In this document: piece after piece, positions 26,010-39,034 of the stretch
How positions within the stretch are numbered: the first letter of the stretch is position 1
How the letters are laid out: the number at the start of each line of letters is the position of its first letter
Assembly: GCA_951406725.2 (NCBI GenBank)
Contig: OX597818.1
Span: forward strand, 81,220,001 to 81,284,000
DNA: 64,000 nt
Reading direction: 5' to 3'
Source of the DNA: Octopus vulgaris
Taxonomy: Eukaryota
Notes under the pieces: generated by a model
What the model was told of the DNA's origin: nothing
What the model saw: the letters and a program-made list of their open reading frames with translations, nothing else
The model's database searches: none
Made by a program: the position numbers and the translations under genes

Positions 26010-26140
26010 CAACAGGCTTCATTCAGTTTCTGTTTTCCAAACTCACCCACAAGGCCTTAGACGACTTGGAGCTATAGTAGAAGACCAAAAGATGCCGCGC
26101 ATTGGGACTAAACTCAAGGCCACGCGGCTGGGGAGCAACC
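26010..26140 (-). mobile_element. SINE family B, 5' part, degenerate
   Basis: GGCTTCATTCAGTTTC...CACAAGGC...GCTATAGTAGAAGAC...GGGACT. Confidence 0.65.
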
Positions 26141-27652
26141 ATGTTAACGACATATGAGTATCGTCCAAAACCGGAATCAAATCTGTTTTAAAGTGAAACT
26201 GTGCAACCTGAGTACCTTGGAAAGTTAGGTACAATTGTAACCACGCACATATGCACACACACTCACATACACACTAACACACGCACACAAACATTGGCAA
26301 ATATAGTTATATTTAGAAATTCATGCCATGTTTCTCCGTCGGAGCGACGAGGACCATGGATCATCTAGTCATAATTAAGAAGGACAGACGCCTTGAGCGA
26401 TGAATTTTTGACCATTGACAGTGGCATGACCGAGTTAGACGATTGGGGATGGAGAATGGTTGCGTTAGAGGACAAAGATGTCTTACTTTTGCCATATCGT
26501 GCTCTCTGCATTCCATAATGTGTTGTTGCAGTTGCGTTCCTCTCCGTTGGACCGTGAGGAATTCTTAGGTATAGTCCGTTGAATCCTCTCACAAATAAAT
26601 GCATATATTACATGCGCCTATATACATACCGAAATATATGTATCAATATATGCGTATATCCTAAATAACAATACACACTCAAACATTAATACATACATAT
26701 ATGCATATATTCGCGTATATATATGTGTATATGTATATACGTATGTGCAAATATGTATGTGTGTTTATAAGTATGTTTATACGTATGTGTATGTTTGTAT
26801 GTATATGTGTGAGTTTCTGTATGTTAATTATAAACTTATTCACTAGATGCAAACAATAGATAAAAACAAATTCTAAATAAGCGCCGAATGGGAATTGAAA
26901 CCACAAAGCCGGTGATACGCTAATGCATTTAATAGTAATATGTTACAACATTGCTATTATAACTACTGAACTGGAAGATAAATTTCTATCCTGCAAATTA
27001 CTTCCCATTTTATTAATAATAAATTTTAAGCAAAACGTTGTAGCAAAACGGGTGTAAGAATGTTGCTTCTCAGTTCCAGGGTCAAACCCAAGCTACTTTC
27101 ACTTTTATTATTTTGAATGAAAATATTTACAAATGGTTCACAAATATAATTGGGGTGTGTATGTAGATTTATATGCGCATGTTTTTTTGTGGGTATATTT
27201 ATGTGCGTGCGTGTATGTGTATATTTATATATGTGTGTGCGCGTGTATGTATATAATTATATATGTTTTTGTGCACGTATATTTGTGTATGTGTATGTGT
27301 GTGTGTGTGTGAGCTGACTGATATATTCAAGACAATCGTTGTGCAAAAATGGAAAACTCAATCCAAGAAGAATGCAAAATAATGTAAGACTCAAAGATGT
27401 TGGAAAGGAAGTGATGTCGATATTTCCGAAGTCTATGAAGATAAAAAACCCCACCCAAAAACCTAGAAGTTTTCTCAGCTAGAAACTATTTACACTCACC
27501 GACTACATTTCCTTGTTTTCTAAGCTGTCTTACCAAGAAATCTGTCTTCTTTTTGTATAGATATAATGTACCGCATTGATACAAACAACTCGGATTAGCT
27601 GGATACTGGATAACTTATCTTGATTTATACATACCATATAACTATATCAACC

Positions 27653-27687
<35 letters not shown>

Positions 27688-27777
27688 TGTATGTATGTAT
27701 GTATGTATGTATGTATGTATGTATGTATGTATGCATGTATGTGTGTATGCATGTATGTGTGTATGCATGTATGACTG

Positions 27778-27825
<48 letters not shown>

Positions 27826-27833
<8 letters not shown>

Positions 27834-27967
27834 GGGCATTTCTATACATAAATGCCTCACGCTAGGAGGGATTCTTAAAGTAAAAACTACCATGTTTATT
27901 ATGGTAGTTTTGACTTTAAGAGTCCCTGCTATCGTGAGGCAATTATGTATAGTAATGCCCTTAATAT
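27826..27967. repeat. ~140-bp hairpin next to (TA)n
   Basis: TAAGGGCATT...AAAACTACCAT, loop GTTTATT, ATGGTAGTTTT...AATGCCCTTA. Confidence 0.85.
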
Positions 27968-28076
27968 AAATAAATATATTTAAAGGGACTAATTAATAAA
28001 TTTCTCCCTTATGAGGTTTTTCACGCTAACTAATTGATAAATTATTATAAAGATTTTATCCTATCTTTAAATTGTA

Positions 28077-28141
<65 letters not shown>

Positions 28142-28380
28142 TCATAGATATACATGCTTGTTTTTTCTGAATAGCGTTCCAAAAAAAAAATATATACATA
28201 CATTATATAATTGCAAAGACTATTTACAATGCTATCCGCAGGAATTACAGCCCTGACGGTAAGGATGGCCTCCCTTTGCAGACACTGATAGGGCACAGAA
28301 AGTGTGTCATTAGCCAGCTGGAGGAGGTGTCCTCCTGGGGCTACAAGCTACAATAGCGTCCACCCTTAGAGTTAGCCACA

Positions 28381-28440
<60 letters not shown>

Positions 28441-28520
28441 TTAAATATTTGTTGTGCAAGATTTTTTTATGTGAAGTCGTGTGTTGAAACAGATATTGTT
28501 ATATGACCATTCCGAAATAT

Positions 28521-28552
<32 letters not shown>

Positions 28553-28570
28553 TGAATATATATACATAAT

Positions 28571-28755
28571 TATAGTTCAAATTTAAAGAAAAACAGAAGA
28601 CAAAGGCAGGTGTAGGAACAACAAGCAAGTGTATTAGTATGACGCTCGGGAAAAATGGAAGTCTTTTACGTTTCGAGCTTACGTTCCTCGTCAGAAAGGA
28701 ATAAGAGGAAATAAATAGAGAATGAAAAAAAAAGACGTGCAGAGTGCAACGGTCC
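28571..28755 (-). mobile_element. Penelope-type terminal fragment P1
   Basis: Homologous to 17711-17890 and 55302-55470. The 3' end abuts a TA-rich tract. Confidence 0.7.
28663..28698 (-). ncRNA. Minimal hammerhead ribozyme motif
   Basis: CTTT-CTGACGA-G-GAAC-GTAA-GCTC-GAAAC-GTA-AAAG. Intact CUGANGA/GAAA/UH core, one stem II mismatch. Confidence 0.65.
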
Positions 28756-29722
28756 ATACATACATACATACATACATAGATACATACATACATACATACA
28801 TACATACATACATACATACATGCATGCATGCATACATACATAAGTACGTATGTACGTACGTATATATGTATGTATGTGTGTATGTGCATGTGTGTGCCAT
28901 CTGATAAAGGTCTAACGTATAAAACGTTAAAACACTTTACTTCTTTTAAAAGTATGTAGCTAATATGTGTTTAAAAACTTCTCTTCAGTGTTGCCTTGTT
29001 TTTGCTAATCGCATTTACTACACACACACACACACAGACACACACACACATACAAACACACACACACATGTTATATGTTACATTTAAGGCCTCATATTTT
29101 ACAGGTGAACTACTATAACCAGGTAAATCAACATCGCCAGAAACTTTCATCGAATTTATTCACCTGGGAGGAGATGAACAGCAAATACAACACCGTCAGA
29201 TTTGAAATCGCAACATCAAACAGTTTCATATGTATATATTCTAAGAGCGATAGTTTAATAAACAAATATTTGATTAATTCATTGATGTGTTATTCAATAG
29301 TCAAACGAAAGCCTGGATATTTACATAACATTTTATGCACACAAACTCACTCTCACACACGCATACATACACATATATGTAGATAATAGACGTATATTGA
29401 TGTAAATTGCCGGTAAAGGTTATAATGTAACTGATATTAGGCATTATAAACACAGTTGTTATTCTGCAGATATTCTGCAGATATTGGTGATTTAGGAGAT
29501 GGCACAATATTTGGTAGGGATAATATAGTTATTGTCGATGCTGATATTTCTATCGTGCAAAAATGGCACGAAACTCGTCGTGTTTGCTTGGCGTTGGCAA
29601 TAAGAATATTATATTCACTGAAATTAAATATTCTTGATGGAACTGTTCATTCCCAAAATTTGGTTTTTAAAGGCTCATAATTATTTAACGGCCTTTCAAA
29701 AACGACTTAAAAATTTGACCAA

Positions 29723-30140
29723 ACATTATTTACATTCGACGGATATTTGTCCTCATCTTGTTTGTTGTGAACACAACGCTTCGGCTGATATACCCTCCAG
29801 CCTTCTTCAGCCTGAACCACTTCCTCATATGCCCACGGGCATATGGCATGGTGGTTAGGAGCGCGGGCTACTAACACCAAGATTCCGAGTTCGATTCCAA
29901 GCAGTGACCTGAACAATAACAATAATAACAACAACAACAACAATAATAATAATAATGATATTAACATCGAAAAATACCTTAGGAATGAGAACTCAGGTTC
30001 CAAATTTCCCCAAAACACCTGAAGAAGGCTGGTGGGTATATCAGCCGAAACGTTGTGTTAACAACAAACACGATGAGGGCAAATATCCGTCGAATGTAAA
30101 TAATGTAAATAATTCATAATCTCTTAAATATAGAACTGTA
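29723..30140 (+). mobile_element. tRNA-headed, hammerhead-tailed short element with inverted 5' copy of its terminus
   Basis: Head from 29837 (A box TGGCATGGTGG, B box GAGTTCGATTCC), internal (AAC/AAT)n, hammerhead at 30014. 29723-29810 is the reverse complement of 30019-30106. Confidence 0.75.
30014..30059 (+). ncRNA. Minimal type I hammerhead ribozyme
   Basis: AACAC-CTGAAGA-A-GGCTGGT-GGGTAT-ATCAGCC-GAAAC-GTT-GTGTT: 5-bp stem I, 7-bp stem II, palindromic AACGTT. Confidence 0.75.
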
Positions 30141-30217
30141 TTCCCTTGATTTTTATGTACTTTGACGTCTTTCTAATGCTCTTGATTAACTCAACAATTA
30201 CATAACTGCTACTCTGT

Positions 30218-30516
30218 AGGTTATGACGACAAGAGTTCCAGTTGATCCAATCAAAGGAACAGCTTGCTCATGAGATTAACATGCAAGTGGCTGAGCACTC
30301 CACAAACAAGCGTATTCTTAACATAGTCCACAAGGAGATTCAGTGTGACACAGAATTTGTCAAGGCCCACCGTTTGCATTACAGGTATAACTCAACTGAA
30401 TGGACTGGAGCAACGTGAAATAGAGTGTCTTGTTCAAGGACTCAATGCATCACCGGGAATCGAACTCACGGCCTTACATTTGTGAGCCAAATATCCTTAT
30501 CACTAAGCCACACACA
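30218..30516 (-). mobile_element. SINE family C
   Basis: Reverse complement of 4835-5154. Confidence 0.85.
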
Positions 30517-30749
30517 TTCACACGATTACATACAAGATTATCTGTGACACATTGACACTCGGTTTTAAACATAAAATCTAAACAGCAGTCTATATACAGC
30601 ATCAGTACTGTACAACACGTGTTCCTAACCACTAGGTCGAGAACAATTTGATATCAGGCCACATAGAATAACATTTTAAATCTTATTTCTATTTCATTGA
30701 CTATCGCAGTTTGCACAGTGTTTGTGCTGTATTTCACATGTAATATATA

Positions 30750-30965
30750 AGGCAGTGAGGTGGCAGAATCGTTAGCACGCTGGGCGAAATGCTTAACGGC
30801 ATTTCGCCCGTCTATACATTCTGAGTTCAAATTCCACAGAGGTCGACTTAGCCTTTCATCTTTACGGGGTCGATAAAATAAGCACCAGTTAAATGCTGGG
30901 ATCAACGTAATCGACTTGCCTTCTTCCACGAAATTTCAGGCCTTGTGCCTATAGAAGAAAGGACT
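30750..30965 (+). mobile_element. SINE family A, full length (tail type 1)
   Basis: A box, B box, central domain and tail all present. Confidence 0.88.
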
Positions 30966-30967
30966 AT

Positions 30968-31050
<83 letters not shown>

Positions 31051-31094
31051 TGAGATAAAAATAGATAGGTGATCCGGTTCTTGACTATCAATTA

Positions 31095-31142
<48 letters not shown>

Positions 31143-31794
31143 GATGGATGAGGATGAAAGCTTCGAATGACCCGTCCTTTTTTTTTTATCGTCTATCTCG
31201 ATGTTTTTTTGTCTCTTTTTGTATCACCTAGTTGTCCGGATGCTTTGCGTTCTTGTCCCATTTTGTATTTTATAATCGAAAGAACCATGTATTTTTAGCC
31301 AATAGTGAGACAGAAATTGTCTGCGTTTAGCGAACCGGTGTAACCTTTCAGGTTGTACCCTGTGAAATTTATAGTTTAGCGTCTGTGAAATGAAATGTTC
31401 ATTGTAGGTTTCTAAATAAACAGAAATACTTAATAGAATCATGTATCATCTTACTGTTTCTTTTGTCTCTTCATTGAATGTATGTTTTTATTATTTTAAA
31501 AAATTTGCTATATTGATATATTTGTCAGCATGTGGTTACTTCATGCATATTTCAGGATTATGTATACCTGACATGTATTTGTGTACATCATTAATATATA
31601 AGTGCATGTGTGTGTGTGTGAAAATGGGCCGTCTGTCTCTAAACCTCCAAAGTTGAGCAACGTTTTCATACTTGGCTTTGTAAACTACGATAAAAATAAC
31701 ACTGGTCAAAAATATGTAATATACTAACACACAGAACAAGCACAGAAAAATATATAATACACGTTTGTCGAAACGCTTATGCAACGGGGAAATA

Positions 31795-31889
31795 ACCACA
31801 CCAACAATCGGTTGTCAAGCGATGGCGGGGGGACAAACACAGACACAAAAACACACATAAATATATACATATATGTATATATATGTATA

Positions 31890-31922
<33 letters not shown>

Positions 31923-32419
31923 CTATATATATATACATATATAACATAAATAGTATATAAACACATGCATATATACATACCTACATCTATATGTATACAT
32001 ACATGCATATATGGGTACAGGACACTAAAAAAACAGTACCCATATATCCATGTATATATACATATAGATGTAGGTATGTACATATATGTATGTATATATG
32101 CATATGTTTATATATTATTTATGTTATTATGTGATCGAACGCCACGCATTCATTTCCAAGTAAGTTTTATCTCTCTCTCTAATACAATTGTTCGTTTGTT
32201 TTCCACCTGCCTTCGTCTATTGTTTATTTTCATAAAGCTTCCCGTTATATATATATATATATATATATACAACAGGCTTCTTTCAGTTTCCGTCTAACAA
32301 ATCACACAAGGCTTTGGTTGACTCGAGGCCATAATAAAAGACACTAGCCGAAGGTGTCACACAGTGGGACTGAACCCAGAACCATGAGGTTGGGAAGTAA
32401 GCTTCTTACCACACAGCCA
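31795..32419 (-). mobile_element. SINE family B with expanded internal microsatellite and a nested P1 tail (~32140-32246)
   Basis: Head at 32270-32419 and ATCGGTTGTCAAGCGATG segment at ~31807, separated by ~400 bp. Confidence 0.7.
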
Positions 32420-32513
32420 TATATTCGTATTCGAAAAAAATCATCAAATTCCAACTTTCGTGCAAGCTTCGGAATATATCTTTTTGATAGTATAATAAAT
32501 CAATAATAACATC

Positions 32514-32598
<85 letters not shown>

Positions 32599-32651
32599 CA
32601 TCCATCTATCTACGTATGTTTATACAGACATACATATATATGCATATACAC

Positions 32652-32713
<62 letters not shown>

Positions 32714-33001
32714 ATAAACCTAAATATACATATATTGTAGGTGTTTGTGTGTATGTGTATCTATCCATGTGTATGTATGCATGTTTATGTATATCTATAT
32801 GTGTACGCGTGTGTATATATGAGTGTAATAGATATAATATTTTATGCCTCTTTATTCATGGTTATTCGAAGGTTTGATCGCCAAAGAATATATTTTATAT
32901 ATTTTTTTCAAACGGATTTTCTTTGTGCTGATATATAAAGCCAAATAGAAAGTCTATAAAAAGTTAGAGCTTCTCAAATTTTATTGACTTTCACTAAAGG
33001 C

Positions 33002-33169
<168 letters not shown>

Positions 33170-33309
33170 GTACAGAAACAGATTGCTTACGAAACTAATA
33201 CAGTACGTATATACGCGTGCATTTCACACACACACACACACATGGAGAGATGCTGCATGAACGAATATGTGTGCGTTTGTAGCTCCCTTTATTTCTCATT
33301 ATATATATA

Positions 33310-33362
<53 letters not shown>

Positions 33363-33607
33363 ATAAATATTTACATATATATAGCAAGAGAAAGAGAGAG
33401 AGAGAGAGAAAGGGGAGAGACAGAGTGAGAAAAACTATATGAATTATGATCATTACAAGAATGCATATATATATCTGTCTCCTTATGTATGTATGTATGT
33501 ATGTATGTATGTATGTATGTATGTATGTATGTATGTATGTATGTATGTATGTATGTATGTATGTATGTATCTATCTATCTATCTATTTATTTATCTATCT
33601 ATCTATT

Positions 33608-33653
<46 letters not shown>

Positions 33654-34055
33654 CACTCGAAGATAGAGAGACAGACACACTGACAAACAGAAAAAGAATG
33701 GAAGGACAAAAGAAATTCAGAGTCAGGCAGAGGATCGTTATCATAACTGATGCATGCAGTAAACTAGAAGATGGGCGATGAGAGAGCGATTCCCACAAGG
33801 CGTTCATATTTTATCTGTCTTACGAAATGTCTCCAGCATTCATATCCACAGCTGATAGCAAAATAATTATACACATAGACTCTATATTAAAGGTAAATAC
33901 TAACTTAATTTCGCATTAAAAATACATGTGCTGTATATATATATATATATATATATATACATAATATATATGTAGGACTATATGTATATATATATGTATA
34001 ACTATAAATACATATATATATCTGCATTATACATATATATGTAGAAGTATACACG

Positions 34056-34108
<53 letters not shown>

Positions 34109-34251
34109 GTATCTATGTTTGTATGTATGTACAAAGAAGGTAAATACAAATCAAAGTGCCAAATTAAAGTCCAAACTCTTCAGGAGTGATATTTTGCTCC
34201 AGAGAATTCTTCGAAACCTATAAAATGTGTTGCTGGAACGAATGGAAGCGA

Positions 34252-34289
<38 letters not shown>

Positions 34290-34303
34290 TAATAATAATA
34301 ATG

Positions 34304-34343
<40 letters not shown>

Positions 34344-34644
34344 TAATAATAAACAGATGATGCGAAACTGGGGAAAAAAAAAAGAAAGAAATAGAATAAT
34401 GTTCATATATAGTTATAATAATATAAAACAAAAAGCATAGCATGGAAAAATACGGAAAATAAGGAAATATCATGCTAACCAAAAAGTTTTAGACATATAG
34501 AAACGTCCGTACGTACATACACATTCACCCAATGTGTGTGTGTGTATGTGTGCGTATGTTCATAAACGTATAAACATATCTTCTTTGGTAGTAATAAAGA
34601 AACAGAGTGAAATTAAGGGAACGTTTGCAATACGTATGTGTATA

Positions 34645-34729
<85 letters not shown>

Positions 34730-34924
34730 GTATATGTATATATATACATATACATACATATATATATATATATATGTATGTATGTAGAATGTTGAATATA
34801 AAGGTACTTTAAAATGCAGCCGCATATTGGATTTTCAACAACGATATATGCTAGTTAAAGGCAATAAGGTGTGCCTGTACGTAGACGTAGACGTATACAT
34901 ACATACATACATACATACATACAT

Positions 34925-34990
<66 letters not shown>

Positions 34991-35316
34991 TTGTATATAT
35001 ATACATATAGAAATATATTTAGATTTTAATGTTTATGCATTTACACACACTCACAGAAAAATACACACACACACACACACACACACACACTACACATGTA
35101 TGCTTTCATACACATGCATACGTATATGAACGCATATGTGGCCGTGGACCCACGTACGTAGTGTCTCTCTCTAACTAAATACGTATGTGACTTTCGGTTT
35201 GACTATACATCTCAAGATACATTCATACATACGTACATAATGGAAGTTATTCCTTCTTGGGACTTAAATTTTCCAACGTCCAAATCAACCCCCCCTTTAC
35301 TCTTGAGAGAAAAACG

Positions 35317-35359
<43 letters not shown>

Positions 35360-35416
35360 GTATATATATATGTATATATATATGTATATATATATGTATA
35401 TATATATGTATATATA

Positions 35417-35468
<52 letters not shown>

Positions 35469-36125
35469 AACGTATTTGCGTGTGTGTATGTGTATATATA
35501 AATGTGTACATATATATATATGTATGTATATATTTATATACATTTAGATATATATGCATATATGTGTATAATAGGACAGCCAGCAAGATAAACTAAATAT
35601 ATGTTTGCAGCGTTTATATTATATACGCATAAGAAATAGGATTGTATATAGCATTTTATTTTTTTGCAATCCATTACGGTTTAATGATAAAGGTAGTGAT
35701 ACGTTTACAAACACATATAGTGTATATAATTATATGCAAATACATGTGCATATATAAACATGCATATGCATATACATACGCATACATACACATGACACGC
35801 ACAAACAGACACATACACACACATATACACACATGTTTATATAGGAGTTAGAATCCACAAGTATGTATGTGTTTATTCCACGACAGTGTAAAACTGAATT
35901 CTCAGTGAAGTACGCCTGTACTAGCTATATAGTATGGAAGCCCTCGAGGCTGGAATTTTAATTCGAAGGAAATGTTTTGAATTTTAGAGTTTGGTTAATG
36001 TTCCACAGAGCGATTGCCATCAAATCTGCGATTCTAATCGGTTTTAGAACACCATAAATATAATTTCAATGCCAACGTATTAATACTAAATCTGTTATGG
36101 TGGCGCGCATACATAGATATACATA

Positions 36126-36188
<63 letters not shown>

Positions 36189-36485
36189 ATGTCTGACTAT
36201 CTTTCTTTCTTTCTTTCTCTCTCTCTATGTATATATATATATATATATATATACATACATATATACGTATATATATGTGTAAGAAGATATATCCCTATAC
36301 ATGTATGTCTACATGTATACATATATGCATGTATATGCATACATATATATGTTTGTGTGTGTGCGTGTGTGTATGTGCGCGCGTGTGTGTATAGGTATAT
36401 TGTATATGTATAGGTATGTATATGTATATTGGATAACTATATGCGGTAAGAAGTATAAATATATTACACAGAAAGTATATACGCG

Positions 36486-36544
<59 letters not shown>

Positions 36545-36641
36545 ATATATATACACACACATATATATATATATATATGCAAATGTATATGCATGTTAAT
36601 ATATGTATATGTATATTTATGTATGCATATATGTGTGTATG

Positions 36642-36684
<43 letters not shown>

Positions 36685-37223
36685 GCATACACACACATGC
36701 ATGAACACGCACACACTCACACACACGCACACATACACACACATACATGCAATCTTCCATACGAATCATCACAACAAGTCGGAATTGGTACTATGCTATA
36801 TGGATAATACCTAGGAGTTGGATATGCACGAGTCTAACAAAAGATTTGTCTAGCACGCTGAGTGATTGGGTTGGCTATTGCGTTCTATAAAACTAGTTAG
36901 GCAAATCAATCTTGACTTTAAACAACCGCTATTTCACCTCTAACTATAACGGCATTAACAACAAATGAATAAACATTTATCTCTAAATGAATTATTCATT
37001 ACATTTTATATATATATATACATATATTTATAAACAGACACATACCCTCACCACACCTATATAAACTTACACACACACATTTATATACACGTATATATGT
37101 AAATATTCAAGTGATAATAGATGGATGTTTACGCATGCGTATGTATATTTTTAAAAGGAAGTATATATATATATATATATATACATACAATATCGAACAC
37201 ACATACACAATATATGTGTTTTA

Positions 37224-37426
37224 CCAGTTCGTGGGCGGAGTGCGATTATAAGTTTAAGTGAATGTATTCTCGACGATTCGCCTGGTGTTAAAACACCTGG
37301 AAGTCCTGTAACGGGACTTGATGGGAGTTATCTCCCTTGTCTATGACTTCTAGGTGTCTTAACATTAGGTGAACTGATGAGAATATATTCTCTTTCGCCT
37401 CTAATCGCAGCCTGCCCATCAACTGG
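37224..37426. repeat. ~200-bp imperfect hairpin (MITE-like or structured RNA)
   Basis: CCAGTT..GGGCGG..TGCGATTA pairs with TAATCGCA..CTGCCC..AACTGG. Inner arms GAATGTATTCTC...GAAGTC and GACTTC...GAGAATATATTC. Confidence 0.8.
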
Positions 37427-37493
37427 CTAAACATACTTAGTGTATGAGTGTTCTATATTGGTTATATCCCTCGGGTTGCTTCTCTTTCATATT

Positions 37494-37580
<87 letters not shown>

Positions 37581-38122
37581 GTATAAAGTTGTTTGTAGAA
37601 AATATGTCTCCGAGAAATAAAATGTATCTTCGGTAAATATTAATGTAGATAGTCGCGTGTTATATAATGAAACAAGAGATTTCCTAATTGTTAATATTAT
37701 CATCTTTAAAATCTAAATATATTTAGAGAGTGAAGTGTTTCTGAGCATTTTGTGTATGCATTAATATGCGAGAATTCTCTTTTGTTCAATTTTTTAAATA
37801 CAACATGTAGTACTAAAATACAACATGTAGTACTAAAACATGTAGCAATTTAGTTCGTTGGTGTGAATAAATATGTTCAATTTTGCCATAAAACAGTAAG
37901 TGTAGCCAATGACGTATCTATTCATTATTCATGCGTCACGGTAGGCTCGAACGTCGATATCTGTTCGCTATAACATTTTGTTATCGGAAACCGCTTCTCT
38001 TCAGATGGTGTGTCCTCATAACACAAGCGAGAATCACATGTGTAAAAAAATCCTTTTGGACTGCGTGGGGTTTTGACTTTCTTGTAAATCTCCTCTACTC
38101 CACCAGGACGTGGAATCTAACA

Positions 38123-38630
38123 AGAGCATGAACTCTTGTTATATTTATAGGAATGACTAAACAAATTATTTGCCTATGCACAGTGATGTCTGTCAAACGC
38201 ATATTAATTCATGGGCGCAACGCAGAACAACCTAAGGCAAGTCAATAATGTACCTATTAATTCTTAATATATTCTGGCAGATTCAAATGTGAATCGCTGT
38301 TGTTTTTCGTCATCGGAGAACATCTCTACTTAGATGATATGTGTTCATAATACACGTGAGATTCACCGGTGTAATGAGGATTTGAGGCGCTGCATTATTT
38401 GACCTTATTGTGTTCCTCCTCAGTTAAAGCCACCCCGCCAGACCTATGAATCTGCAGAGAGAATGAACTCTTGTTTATAGGAATCAGCAAACAAATTATT
38501 TGCTGATGCGTGCTGATGTCTGCTAAAGACATGATAATTCATAAGGGCAAAGCAGTACAGCTTAATGTGTTCGGATAGATTCGAATGTAAACCACTTCTA
38601 TTTTTGGTCATCAGAGAACATCTACTCCCT
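38123..38630. repeat. Diverged direct duplication (~200-bp units, ~335-bp period)
   Basis: ATGAACTCTTG..TTTATAGGAAT..AAACAAATTATTTGC..TGATGTCTG..GTCATC.GAGAACATCT occurs at ~38123 and ~38457. Confidence 0.75.
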
Positions 38631-38751
38631 TAAGAGGAAGTAGAACGAATTTAAAAATAATTCATTGGCAAAACTATATTCGAGAATAGAAATTGTCACC
38701 ACATTTTTATTAAGTAATATCGCAATTAGTAATTATCAATAAGTAAATGTT

Positions 38752-39034
38752 GTGGCTGTGTGGTAAGTAGCTTGCTTACCAACCACATGGTCCCGGGGTT
38801 CAGTCCCACTTCGTGGCACCTTGGGCAAGTGTCTTCTACTATAGCCTCGGACCGACCAAAGCCTTGTGAGAGGATTTGGTAGACGGAAACTGAAAGAAGC
38901 CCGTCGTATATATGTATATATATGTATGTGTGTGTATATATGTTTGTGTGTCTGGGGTTGATTTTCTCGACTAAAGGCGGTGCTCCAGCATGGCCACAGT
39001 CAAATGACTGAAACAAGTAAAAGAGTAAAAGAAT
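38752..39034 (+). mobile_element. SINE family B, internally deleted
   Basis: Well-preserved head, CORE-like motif and tail. Confidence 0.88.

Noticed and set aside
26485-26590. Possible minus-strand exon ending at AAAA|GTAAGA
   Set aside because: Weak acceptor and no recognisable peptide.
31141-31178. AGGATGG...CCGTCCT-closed motif resembling a decayed hammerhead
   Set aside because: Both core segments are altered (ATGAGGA, GAATG), so the call cannot be supported.
37374-37398. CTGATGA followed by a small hairpin, as a hammerhead
   Set aside because: There is no GAAA after stem II. The motif is part of the larger inverted arm.
37797-37845. 20-bp tandem repeat (and the 46305-46470 repeats) as a CRISPR-like array
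   Set aside because: No unique regularly sized spacers, no cas genes, and a eukaryotic context.
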